Origin: a bacterium
GTDB lineage: Bacteria; Chloroflexota; Dormibacteria; Aeolococcales; Bog-877
DNA length: 64,000 nucleotides
Assembly (NCBI GenBank): GCA_021816695.1
Contig: JAKAXE010000001.1
Span: 2,769-66,768, forward strand
Reading direction: 5' to 3'
How positions within the stretch are numbered: position 1 is the first letter of the stretch; every line of letters starts with the position of its first letter. The notes beneath the pieces were generated by a model. That model did no database searches. It had not been told where the DNA came from and saw only the letters and a program-made list of their open reading frames with translations. Of the stretch, positions 54,041 through 61,290 are shown in pieces. Both the position numbers and the translations under genes were made by a program.

Positions 54041-55339
54041 GTGACGTCACGCGCCTTCTGGTTGGGGCTGATCGGGGTGGGCCTGCTGCTGGCCGGCACC
54101 GCGCTCTGGCCCCTCACCGTCCTGGGGGGAGCCTGGCTGGTGGTACTGGCGGCGGCGGCGCTCCTGGACTCGTTGATGGCGCCCCGCCGCTGGGCGGTCG
54201 ACCGGCGGCTGGCGCCCGCCCTGTCCCTGGCCGCGCCCAACCCGGTCGAGCTGCGCATCCGCTGCGAGAGTCGCCGCCCCGTGAGTGTCCGGTGCCGGGA
54301 CGAGACCGAGCCGGACCTTGCGGCCCGGCCGCAGCTGCTGGAGCTGCTGGTTCCGGGTGGTGGGGAGGGGGTTGCGCGCTACAGCTGCCTACCGCGCCGG
54401 AGGGGAGCCATGCAATTCGGACGGGTGGTGCTGAGGGCGCCAGGGCCCCTCAATCTGTGGCGCCGCCAGTGCGCTGTGTCGCTCTCCACGGAGGTCTTGG
54501 TCCTGCCGGCGCTGCACGCGGTGGGGAGGTGGGAGGGGCGGGCGCGCCGCTCGGGGTCCGAGCCCCTGGGGAGCCGGGGCTGGCACCGCTACGGCGAGGG
54601 GACCGAGTTCGCCGCCATTCGCGACTACGTGGTCGGGGATGACCCCCGACGGGTGAACTGGCGCGCCACCGCCCGGCTGGGGCGCCCGATGACCAGCCAG
54701 TACGAGCCCGAGCGGTCGCGCCCCATCTGGCTGGTCCTCGACTGCGGGCGCCTCATGGCGGCCGGCGACGGCGATCTGAACAAGCTGGATGTGGCCCTCT
54801 CCTCGGCCCTCCTGCTGGCCTGGGTGGCCCTGTCCAGGGGCGACCGGGTGGGAGCGCTCGCCGTGGCCTCAGCCCCCTACCCGGTCGTCCCGCCTCGAGC
54901 CGGTCGGGCCCACTACCGCCGTCTCCAGGAGGGGCTGTCCCGGCTCCGCCCCGAGCTGGTGGACCCCGACTGGGGCCTCGCTGCGCTGGAGCTGCGTCGG
55001 CGGCAGGGGCCCCGCGCCCTGATCGTGAGCTTCACCGACCTTTCGGACCCTGACATGGCCTCGCGGCTGGCGTCCGCGGTGGGCCGGCTGCGGCCCCGTC
55101 ACCTTCCCCTCGTGGTGACCCAGAGGGACCCGGTCCTGGACCGCGAGCGAACCCAGCTACCCGAGGGAGCCCGCGCGGTGTACCGGAGGGCGGCCGCCCT
55201 CCGGTTGGTGGAGGAGCGGCAGCTGGCGCTGGACCGGCTGGTGGCCCTGCGGGTCGCCACGGTTGACAGCGGCGCAGACGGGTTGGGCCCGGCGCTCATC
55301 GACCGCTACCTGGACCTCAAGGCCAGGGGGGCGATCTGA
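54041..55339 (+). CDS. DUF58 (VWA-like) protein
   Basis: Two N-terminal TM segments, then 'EFAAIRDYVVGDDPRRVNWRATARLGRPMTSQYEPE' and 'IWLVLDCGRLM'. Confidence 0.88.
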   Translation: MTSRAFWLGLIGVGLLLAGTALWPLTVLGGAWLVVLAAAALLDSLMAPRRWAVDRRLAPALSLAAPNPVELRIRCESRRPVSVRCRDETEPDLAARPQLLELLVPGGGEGVARYSCLPRRRGAMQFGRVVLRAPGPLNLWRRQCAVSLSTEVLVLPALHAVGRWEGRARRSGSEPLGSRGWHRYGEGTEFAAIRDYVVGDDPRRVNWRATARLGRPMTSQYEPERSRPIWLVLDCGRLMAAGDGDLNKLDVALSSALLLAWVALSRGDRVGALAVASAPYPVVPPRAGRAHYRRLQEGLSRLRPELVDPDWGLAALELRRRQGPRALIVSFTDLSDPDMASRLASAVGRLRPRHLPLVVTQRDPVLDRERTQLPEGARAVYRRAAALRLVEERQLALDRLVALRVATVDSGADGLGPALIDRYLDLKARGAI

Positions 55340-55340
55340 C

Positions 55341-56222
55341 CTAGCCCGCGACCGCCACCGGCTGCATCTGCTCCAGCCGGGTGATCACCTCCCGGGTGAT
55401 CTGGGACGGGGTGGAGGCACCGGAGGTCACCCCGACCCGTCGCACACCCTGGAACCACTCCGGGCGCAGGTCGTCGGCGGTGTCGACCAGGTACGCCGGC
55501 CGGTTGGCCAGCTCCCTCACCACCTGCACGAGCCGCTGGGTGTTGCTGCTCCGGGCACTCCCAACCACCACCACCAGGTCGCAGGACGCCGCCTGCTCCA
55601 CCGCCGCCTGCTGCCGCTCCTGGGTGGCGAGGCAGATCTCGTTGTGAACCTCGATCTCCGGGAACCGCTGCCGCAAACGGTCGATGATGGCGCTGGTGTC
55701 CCACATCGAGAGGGTGGTCTGGGTGGTGACGGCCAGGGGGCCGGGAGCCGGCTCCAGCTGGTCGACGTCCTCCACGCTCTCCACCAGGTGGATCTGATCC
55801 GGGGCTTCGCCCAGAACCCCCTCGGGCTCCGGGTGCCCCCGGCGACCGATGTACACCACGGTGTACCCCTTCCGGCAGAGGTCCCGGACCAGCTCGTGGG
55901 TCCGGATCACGTCAGTGCAGGTCGCGTCCACCACGTTGAGCCCCTTGGCCAGCGCCCGCTCCCGCACCGCCGGGGAGACGCCGTGGGCGGTGAGGACCAC
56001 CGTTCCGCTCTCGACGAGATCCAGCGCCTCCAGCCGCGAGCGGGCGTCCACCAGCCGCACCCCGAGGTCGGCGAACTCGCGAGTCACGTGCTCGTTGTGC
56101 ACCAGATGACCCAACATGGCCACCGGCTCGCCGGGATGGGCCTCCGCCGTCTGGCGCAGGGCCCGGATCGCCTCCACCACGCCGTGGCAGTAGCCCCGGG
56201 GCCTGATCTTGACCACCTCCAC
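55341..56222 (-). CDS. ispH: 4-hydroxy-3-methylbut-2-enyl diphosphate reductase
   Basis: 'RPRGYCHGVVEAI', 'LGHLVHNEHV', 'VVDATCTDV' and 'VVVVGSARSSNTQRL'. Confidence 0.95.
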   Translation of the reverse strand: MEVVKIRPRGYCHGVVEAIRALRQTAEAHPGEPVAMLGHLVHNEHVTREFADLGVRLVDARSRLEALDLVESGTVVLTAHGVSPAVRERALAKGLNVVDATCTDVIRTHELVRDLCRKGYTVVYIGRRGHPEPEGVLGEAPDQIHLVESVEDVDQLEPAPGPLAVTTQTTLSMWDTSAIIDRLRQRFPEIEVHNEICLATQERQQAAVEQAASCDLVVVVGSARSSNTQRLVQVVRELANRPAYLVDTADDLRPEWFQGVRRVGVTSGASTPSQITREVITRLEQMQPVAVAG

Positions 56223-56231
56223 GGCTCAAGC

Positions 56232-57218
56232 CTAGCAGTTGCCCGAGATTGCCCTGCCGGGAGCCGGACGCCGCCCGGCCAGCAGGAGCCATGAATAGAG
56301 AGCGAGCCCGGTCCCGGCGCCCACCGCCAGCTTGGCGGGGTCGGGGAGCGTCGAGGGCGTGACGAATCCCTCTATCAGGCCGGCGATCACCAAAAGGCAC
56401 GCTGCTCCCAGGGCGAGCTCCACCGCCGGCCGGGCCGCTCGCGCCAGCGCCTCCTCCCGGCTGCGCAGGCCCGGGCGGAGCACCGCGTCTCCGAGGCGGA
56501 GCCCGGCCCCAGCGGCGGTGCAGATGACGGTGAGTTCGATGACTCCGTGGGGGACGATGAGGGACCAGAACTGGAGGTCGAGGCCGGCGGAGTGGCTGGC
56601 GCTGGCCAGGACCCCGAGCTGGAAGCCGTTGGCCAGCAGGAGGGCGACGGTGGGCACCCCGAGGAGCAACCCCAGGACACAGGCCAGCGCCGCCACCCGG
56701 ATGTTGTTCTGGATGATGAACGCCGAGAGCTGAGAGCCAAGCTGCCCGCCAACGGCCGCGGGGTTGCCCAGATGGTGGACGGCCAGGCTGGCCCGATAGC
56801 CGGCGGGGAGCAGGCCGGTGAGGTCGGGTCGCAGCCCCACCGCGGCCCATCCCGCCACCACGCCCGACACCAGGCATCCCGCCGCCACCGCCACATACCC
56901 GCCGAGGTCACGGAACAGCCGTGGCAGCCCCACGGCGAAGAAGACGGGGAGCTGCCGGAGGCCGCCTCGAGGCTGGCGGTAGAGCACCGGCTGGGCGGTC
57001 GCCAGCAGCCGTTCCAGCTCGGACACCAGCTCGGAGTCCGGGTAGTCCCGCCGGGCCAGCGCCAGGTCAGAGCTGAGCCGCTGAACCAGGGATGAGAGCC
57101 GGTCCACCTCCGCCGCCGACCGACCCCCAAGGCGCCTCGACCCCAGCTTCCGTGCAAGCCCGATCAGCTCTTCCCAGCGCGGGGCCTCCCGGCGGCGGAA
57201 CTCCTCCTGGCTGATCAT
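56232..57218 (-). CDS. SpoIIM-like (stage II sporulation protein M / DUF95) membrane protein
   Basis: 'FIIQNNIRVAALACVLGLLLGVPTVALLLANGFQLGV' and 'LIVPHGVIELTVICTAAGAGLRLG'. The ATG at 57218 is chosen; the long 5' extension of the track ORF is rejected. Confidence 0.7.
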   Translation of the reverse strand: MISQEEFRRREAPRWEELIGLARKLGSRRLGGRSAAEVDRLSSLVQRLSSDLALARRDYPDSELVSELERLLATAQPVLYRQPRGGLRQLPVFFAVGLPRLFRDLGGYVAVAAGCLVSGVVAGWAAVGLRPDLTGLLPAGYRASLAVHHLGNPAAVGGQLGSQLSAFIIQNNIRVAALACVLGLLLGVPTVALLLANGFQLGVLASASHSAGLDLQFWSLIVPHGVIELTVICTAAGAGLRLGDAVLRPGLRSREEALARAARPAVELALGAACLLVIAGLIEGFVTPSTLPDPAKLAVGAGTGLALYSWLLLAGRRPAPGRAISGNC

Positions 57219-57260
57219 CGGCCCGACCGCTCCCGCCCAGCGATACCATGCCCGCCAGCT

Positions 57261-58070
57261 GTGCTGCAAGGGTTCGAGTACCGCACCCCGGAGAGCATCA
57301 CCGTCTCCCAGCCGGTGGCCGGGATCGGCTCGCGCGGGCTGGCGGCGGTGGTGGACACCGTGGTCATCCTGCTGATCATCCTCGCCTTTCTGGCCGGCGC
57401 GATCGCGGTGTCCGGCTACACCCTGAGCGCCGCGCCGGCGGGCGGTGCCCTGATCATCCTGGTGGTCGTGGCCTCGGTGGTCCCGGTGGCTTACTACGTT
57501 CTCTGGGAGGTGGCGACCCGGGGCCGTTCTCTGGGCAAGCTGATCTTCAGCCTCCGGGTGGTGGACCGCTCGGGGGTCCCTCTCAGCCCCGCCGACTCGC
57601 TGGTGCGCAACCTGGTCCGGATCCTGGACTTCCTCCCCTTCCTGTACGGGATCGGCGTCTTGGCGATGTTCGCCGGCTCCCGTCCCCGGCGGCTCGGCGA
57701 CCTCGCGGCCGGTACCCTCGTGGTCCACGACCGCGGCCTGCGCCATCTGGAGCGCGGCTTCTACGCCAGACCCAGCCCTCGGCTGCGCCGCAGCGATCCC
57801 GGTCCGCCGATTCCCGGGGCGGAATCCTGCGGACGGCGCGAGTTCGGCCTGATCGAGGATCTGCTGGCCCGCCCGGAGCTTTCCCCGCGGCGCCGCCAGG
57901 AGGTATCCCTGGAGCTGGTCCGGCTGCTGGAGCGGCGGCCCGGGGTGGTCTGGCCAGTGCCTCTGGACCGGGATCCCCTCGACCTGCTGGAGAGGCTCTA
58001 CCTCCAGATCCGGCAGCGGCTCATCGACCCCGCCCCAGCTGGGGAGCCCGCTCGACCCGTCGAACCCTGA
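57261..58070 (+). CDS. RDD-family membrane protein
   Basis: 'GIGSRGLAAVVDTVVILLI' and 'WEVATRGRSLGKLIFSLRVVDRSG'. Divergent from the SpoIIM-like gene. GTG start. Confidence 0.8.
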   Translation: MLQGFEYRTPESITVSQPVAGIGSRGLAAVVDTVVILLIILAFLAGAIAVSGYTLSAAPAGGALIILVVVASVVPVAYYVLWEVATRGRSLGKLIFSLRVVDRSGVPLSPADSLVRNLVRILDFLPFLYGIGVLAMFAGSRPRRLGDLAAGTLVVHDRGLRHLERGFYARPSPRLRRSDPGPPIPGAESCGRREFGLIEDLLARPELSPRRRQEVSLELVRLLERRPGVVWPVPLDRDPLDLLERLYLQIRQRLIDPAPAGEPARPVEP

Positions 58071-58344
58071 GCTCGCGCTCTCTGGGCTCGCGGCGGCGAG
58101 CGGGGGGTGGTGGGTCGCTGGGCTCCTTGAGGTTGCGCCGCACCGTTACCGGGCGCCGGGACGCCTCCACCACGGCCTCCAGGAAGGCCCATACCCGGTA
58201 GGCTCCGTAGCCGGCCAGCAGTAGCAGGGTCACCCCAGCCACCAGGTTGAGCAGGCCCGCCAGCGGCGGGAGCACCACCGCCAGCGCCGCGCAAGCTCCC
58301 ACCAACGCCAGACCGGACTTGAGTCTTCGCAGAGCCACGCCCAT
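58021..58344 (-). CDS. Small two-TM membrane protein (hypothetical)
   Basis: 107 aa with an ATG start. TM segments 'LALVGACAALAVVLPPLAGLL' and 'VAGVTLLLLAGYGAY', then a basic tail. The 3' end overlaps the convergent RDD gene by 50 nt. Coding status is moderate. Confidence 0.4.
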   Translation of the reverse strand: MGVALRRLKSGLALVGACAALAVVLPPLAGLLNLVAGVTLLLLAGYGAYRVWAFLEAVVEASRRPVTVRRNLKEPSDPPPPARRREPRERELRVRRVERAPQLGRGR

Positions 58345-58377
58345 TGAGTCCGCTCAGGAGGGGGTCGGCGTCCGGGC

Positions 58378-58383
58378 TACCAT
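58378..58383 (+). promoter_or_regulatory. Candidate -10 hexamer TACCAT, 6 nt upstream of the GTG at 58390 (leaderless)
   Basis: TANNNT at leaderless spacing. Confidence 0.3.
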
Positions 58384-58389
58384 CTGGAG

Positions 58390-58992
58390 GTGCCTTTCTC
58401 CGCCCCCCGCCCCGATGGCGGTCTGGGGCCCCACCCCCACCGCAGCTGGCTGCATCTGCTGCCCCACGACCCGGGCCAGCGGCCGGTGCGGTCCGCGGAC
58501 GGTCTGGTCCGGCAGATCCTGGTGGAGGAGGGGCTCGCAGTTCCGGGGCCGGAGGGTTCGCTCCTACCAGGGCCAGAGTTCGCGGGTGCGCTGGGAGCTC
58601 GGTCCGGCGGCCTTCCCATGGCCGGCATGCCGCCCCGCGGGGAGGTTCGGGTGGAGTCGGGGGTGCTGCGCTTCTACCCCGATCCCGGGCCCGACGGTTT
58701 CGACTCCATGCCCCTGCGCTCCTACCGGGCGCCCTGCCCCGAATGCGGAAGTGAACTGGACCTCTTCTCGCTCCGCTTCCCCCACCCTGACCCCCACACC
58801 GCGACCTGCCCGGCCTGCGGCGCCGCCGTCTCCTTGCTGGCGGTCGAGTTCACCCCGGAGCTTCCCCGCGCCTGGATGGAGATCACCTTCGGCGACCTGG
58901 ACCACCGGCCCAGCCTCCGGCCGCACCCGGTGTTCTCGCGGCTGGAGCGGGCCCTGGGGTTTCGGCTGCGCGAGGTCCACGTCAGCCTCTGA
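58390..58992 (+). CDS. Hypothetical protein with CPxCG...CPxCG zinc ribbon
   Basis: 200 aa with good third-position GC bias. Contains 'APCPECGSELD...ATCPACGAAV'. No family recognised. Confidence 0.5.
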   Translation: MPFSAPRPDGGLGPHPHRSWLHLLPHDPGQRPVRSADGLVRQILVEEGLAVPGPEGSLLPGPEFAGALGARSGGLPMAGMPPRGEVRVESGVLRFYPDPGPDGFDSMPLRSYRAPCPECGSELDLFSLRFPHPDPHTATCPACGAAVSLLAVEFTPELPRAWMEITFGDLDHRPSLRPHPVFSRLERALGFRLREVHVSL

Positions 58993-58999
58993 GGCTGGC

Positions 59000-59896
59000 T
59001 CACAGCTCTCCCACGGAGAGGCGCCTCACCGCACGGCTCCAGCGCCGAGCCGCGGCCTCGGCGCTGGACTCATAGTGGGTGGCCACATTGAGCGCCCCCG
59101 GGACCCGGAGCATGAGGTAGAGGCTGGCGAGGGCGTACAGCATCCCGGCCAGCCCGCCCCCCCGGGTGAACGCCAGCTGGACCGCCACCCGCAGGACCAG
59201 GAGCTGGCCGAACTGCATGAACAGCGACACCACCAGGAGCCTGGCCCATTGCCGCGCGAAGCCCCGGGTCTCCGGCAGCACCGTGCAGTAGGCGGCCAGC
59301 GGGGCGGCGGCGCACAGGACGGCCAGCAGGGTGTAGCGCACCACGTAGCTCAGGGCCAGGATCACGACCGCCACCACCAGGGCTGCGGCGAAGAGCAGGA
59401 GGAAGAGGTTCTCGCCCGCCGACTGCACCCCCTGCGGGCTGAGGGGAGAGCTCCAGGGGAGGGCGCTCAGGGAAAGCTGGACGCCGCCGACCACCACCGC
59501 ACAGAGGGCGTTGTTTAGATCGATCAGCTGCTGCAGGAGGGGCAGGCTTCCCGTGGCCAGCGCCACTGCCACCAGACACCGGGGAAGCACTTGCTGAAGC
59601 TGGTGACGGACGGCTCCCAGGTCCGCCACGGTGCGCAGTGAGCTGTACAGCAGGACGCCCAGCAGCAGAGCCGCGCCCGCGGCCGCCAGCAGGTGGTTGA
59701 GCGTGGCCAGGCCCGGTGTCCCGGTGAAGGGTGACTGGGTCCTCCCCCCGGCAGCGTCGTAGGTGCCGAAGAGGTAGGTCTTGAGGGCCGCGTCCAGCGC
59801 TCCCCGGGCGCTGCTCACGAATTCGGAGAGGATCCCATCGAAGAGCCCGGCCAGGGCCCCCAGAGGGTTGATGCCGAACTGGGGAGTTCCCGGCAT
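59000..59896 (-). CDS. Polytopic membrane protein, TrbL/VirB6-like (type IV secretion channel component candidate)
   Basis: 298 aa with about 6 TM segments, and no similarity I can see to transporters. Size, topology and position after a pilin-like gene and near a VirB4-like ATPase fit actinobacterial TrbL/VirB6-type proteins. The assignment is by context and not by motif. Confidence 0.45.
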   Translation of the reverse strand: MPGTPQFGINPLGALAGLFDGILSEFVSSARGALDAALKTYLFGTYDAAGGRTQSPFTGTPGLATLNHLLAAAGAALLLGVLLYSSLRTVADLGAVRHQLQQVLPRCLVAVALATGSLPLLQQLIDLNNALCAVVVGGVQLSLSALPWSSPLSPQGVQSAGENLFLLLFAAALVVAVVILALSYVVRYTLLAVLCAAAPLAAYCTVLPETRGFARQWARLLVVSLFMQFGQLLVLRVAVQLAFTRGGGLAGMLYALASLYLMLRVPGALNVATHYESSAEAAARRWSRAVRRLSVGEL

Positions 59897-59908
59897 CAGG
59901 GCACTCGG

Positions 59909-60148
59909 TCAGCCCAGCCCATGAGGCACCGCGGAGAGCAGGACGTGGGTCAGGACCCCGGCCAACTCCACCCCCAGGGTTCCGACGGCGATCCTCCCGA
60001 GCCAGCGCTGGGCCTCCAGAGCGCTGTGGGGGCTGGGAGCGACCACCCGCCAGATGAACGCGCAGACGAAGGCCAAGGTGCCCAGGCTGGCGATCAGCTC
60101 CTGCCCCAGGAGAACCCAGGAATTGAGTAGCGAGACCAGTTGGGCCAT
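59909..60148 (-). CDS. Small two-TM protein, TrbC/VirB2 pilin-like candidate
   Basis: 79 aa from the ATG at 60148, preceded by GGAGGA. Two hydrophobic helices separated by a short polar loop, directly upstream of the TrbL-like gene. Confidence 0.4.
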   Translation of the reverse strand: MAQLVSLLNSWVLLGQELIASLGTLAFVCAFIWRVVAPSPHSALEAQRWLGRIAVGTLGVELAGVLTHVLLSAVPHGLG

Positions 60149-60211
60149 GGGGGTCCTCCGCACTTGCCTTTGAACCCCACATAGGTCCGCCGGAGCCCCG
60201 GCCCTGGCCCC

Positions 60212-60682
60212 TCAGCCGGCGTCCGCCTCCCAGGCCGGCTCGCCCGAGCTGAGGACCACGGTGACCGGGCCGTCGTTCACCGACTCGACCTCCATATGGG
60301 CCCCAAACTGCCCCTCGGCCACCCCCGCCACCCCCAACCGGCTCAGCTCCTCCCCGAACGTGCGACAGAGTTGGATGGCCGCGGCCGGGGCGGCCGCCCC
60401 CAGGAAGGACGGCCGGTGGCCCCGCCCGGTGGCGGCATAGAGTGTGAACTGGCTCACCACCAGTGCCTGGCCACCTGCCTCCAGCAGGGAGCGGTTCATC
60501 CTCCCCTGGTCGTCAGGGAAGACCCGGAGCGTGGCGATGCGGCCGGCCAGATGGCGGGCGACTTGCTCATCGTCCCCGGGCCCGATTCCCAGGTACACCA
60601 GGAGCCCGGGGCCGGTGGCCCCTACCTCCTCCCCCTGCACCCTGACCGCTGCCCGCTGGACCCGCTGGACCACTGCCCTCAA
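60212..60682 (-). CDS. dtd: D-aminoacyl-tRNA deacylase
   Basis: '(L)RAVVQRVQRAAV', 'GLLVYLGIGPGD', 'VSQFTLYA' and 'GHRPSF'. The TTG start aligns with Met1 of E. coli Dtd and lies 2 nt after the upstream stop. Confidence 0.9.
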   Translation of the reverse strand: MRAVVQRVQRAAVRVQGEEVGATGPGLLVYLGIGPGDDEQVARHLAGRIATLRVFPDDQGRMNRSLLEAGGQALVVSQFTLYAATGRGHRPSFLGAAAPAAAIQLCRTFGEELSRLGVAGVAEGQFGAHMEVESVNDGPVTVVLSSGEPAWEADAG

Positions 60683-60684
60683 GG

Positions 60685-61281
60685 TCAGCCGATCGCCTGC
60701 AGGCCGCGGTAGATCCTCATCGCCTCCGCCTCCGCCTCCAGGAAGCTGCCCGCCGCGGCCCGCATCCCCTGGAGGGCGAACCCCCACTGTCCCGTGGGGG
60801 TGTCCGGGCCGGGAAGGGTTCGGCCCCGGTAGCGCGGGGGATAGAAGGTGATGGTCGCCTGGGGCAGCCGCTTGAAGATCGGTCCCGCGACCATCAGCTC
60901 GTCGATGGTGCGCGGCCCACTCACCCTCCCCTCGATGAACTCCAGCCGCCGCTGCTTGCGGATGGGGTTGTCCAGGTCGTCGATGAGCACCCTTCCCCCC
61001 CGCTCCTCGGTCATCCGCAAGAGCCCGAAGCAGACCGCCAGGGCGTCGGTCTCGTCACCCTCCACCTTCACGAAGCCCGCACCCAGGATGGGGTCAGGGG
61101 TCTCCCGCCGCAGGTGGCGCAGGTATTCGGACTGGAAGAGGCCGCGGGATGTATCCGTGGCCAGCCACATCTCCCCTTCACGCCAGCTTCGCGTGGCCGC
61201 GAAAAGCCGAACCGCCTCCTCCCAGGCGGCGACGGTGGCACGTCCGGAATTGAGCAGTCGGTAGCGCACCACCCGACCCAT
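60685..61281 (-). CDS. Hypothetical soluble protein (198 aa) between the VirB4-like ATPase gene and dtd
   Basis: ATG start 9 nt after the VirB4-like stop. Balanced amino-acid composition, no TM segment, no family recognised. Confidence 0.55.
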   Translation of the reverse strand: MGRVVRYRLLNSGRATVAAWEEAVRLFAATRSWREGEMWLATDTSRGLFQSEYLRHLRRETPDPILGAGFVKVEGDETDALAVCFGLLRMTEERGGRVLIDDLDNPIRKQRRLEFIEGRVSGPRTIDELMVAGPIFKRLPQATITFYPPRYRGRTLPGPDTPTGQWGFALQGMRAAAGSFLEAEAEAMRIYRGLQAIG

Positions 61282-61290
61282 GGGGCGATT

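Noticed and set aside
57248-58201. The 317-aa ATG-initiated ORF overlapping the RDD gene in another frame.
   Set aside because: The translation is Pro/Gly/Arg-rich without TM segments. The GTG-initiated frame at 57261 gives a canonical RDD-family membrane protein.
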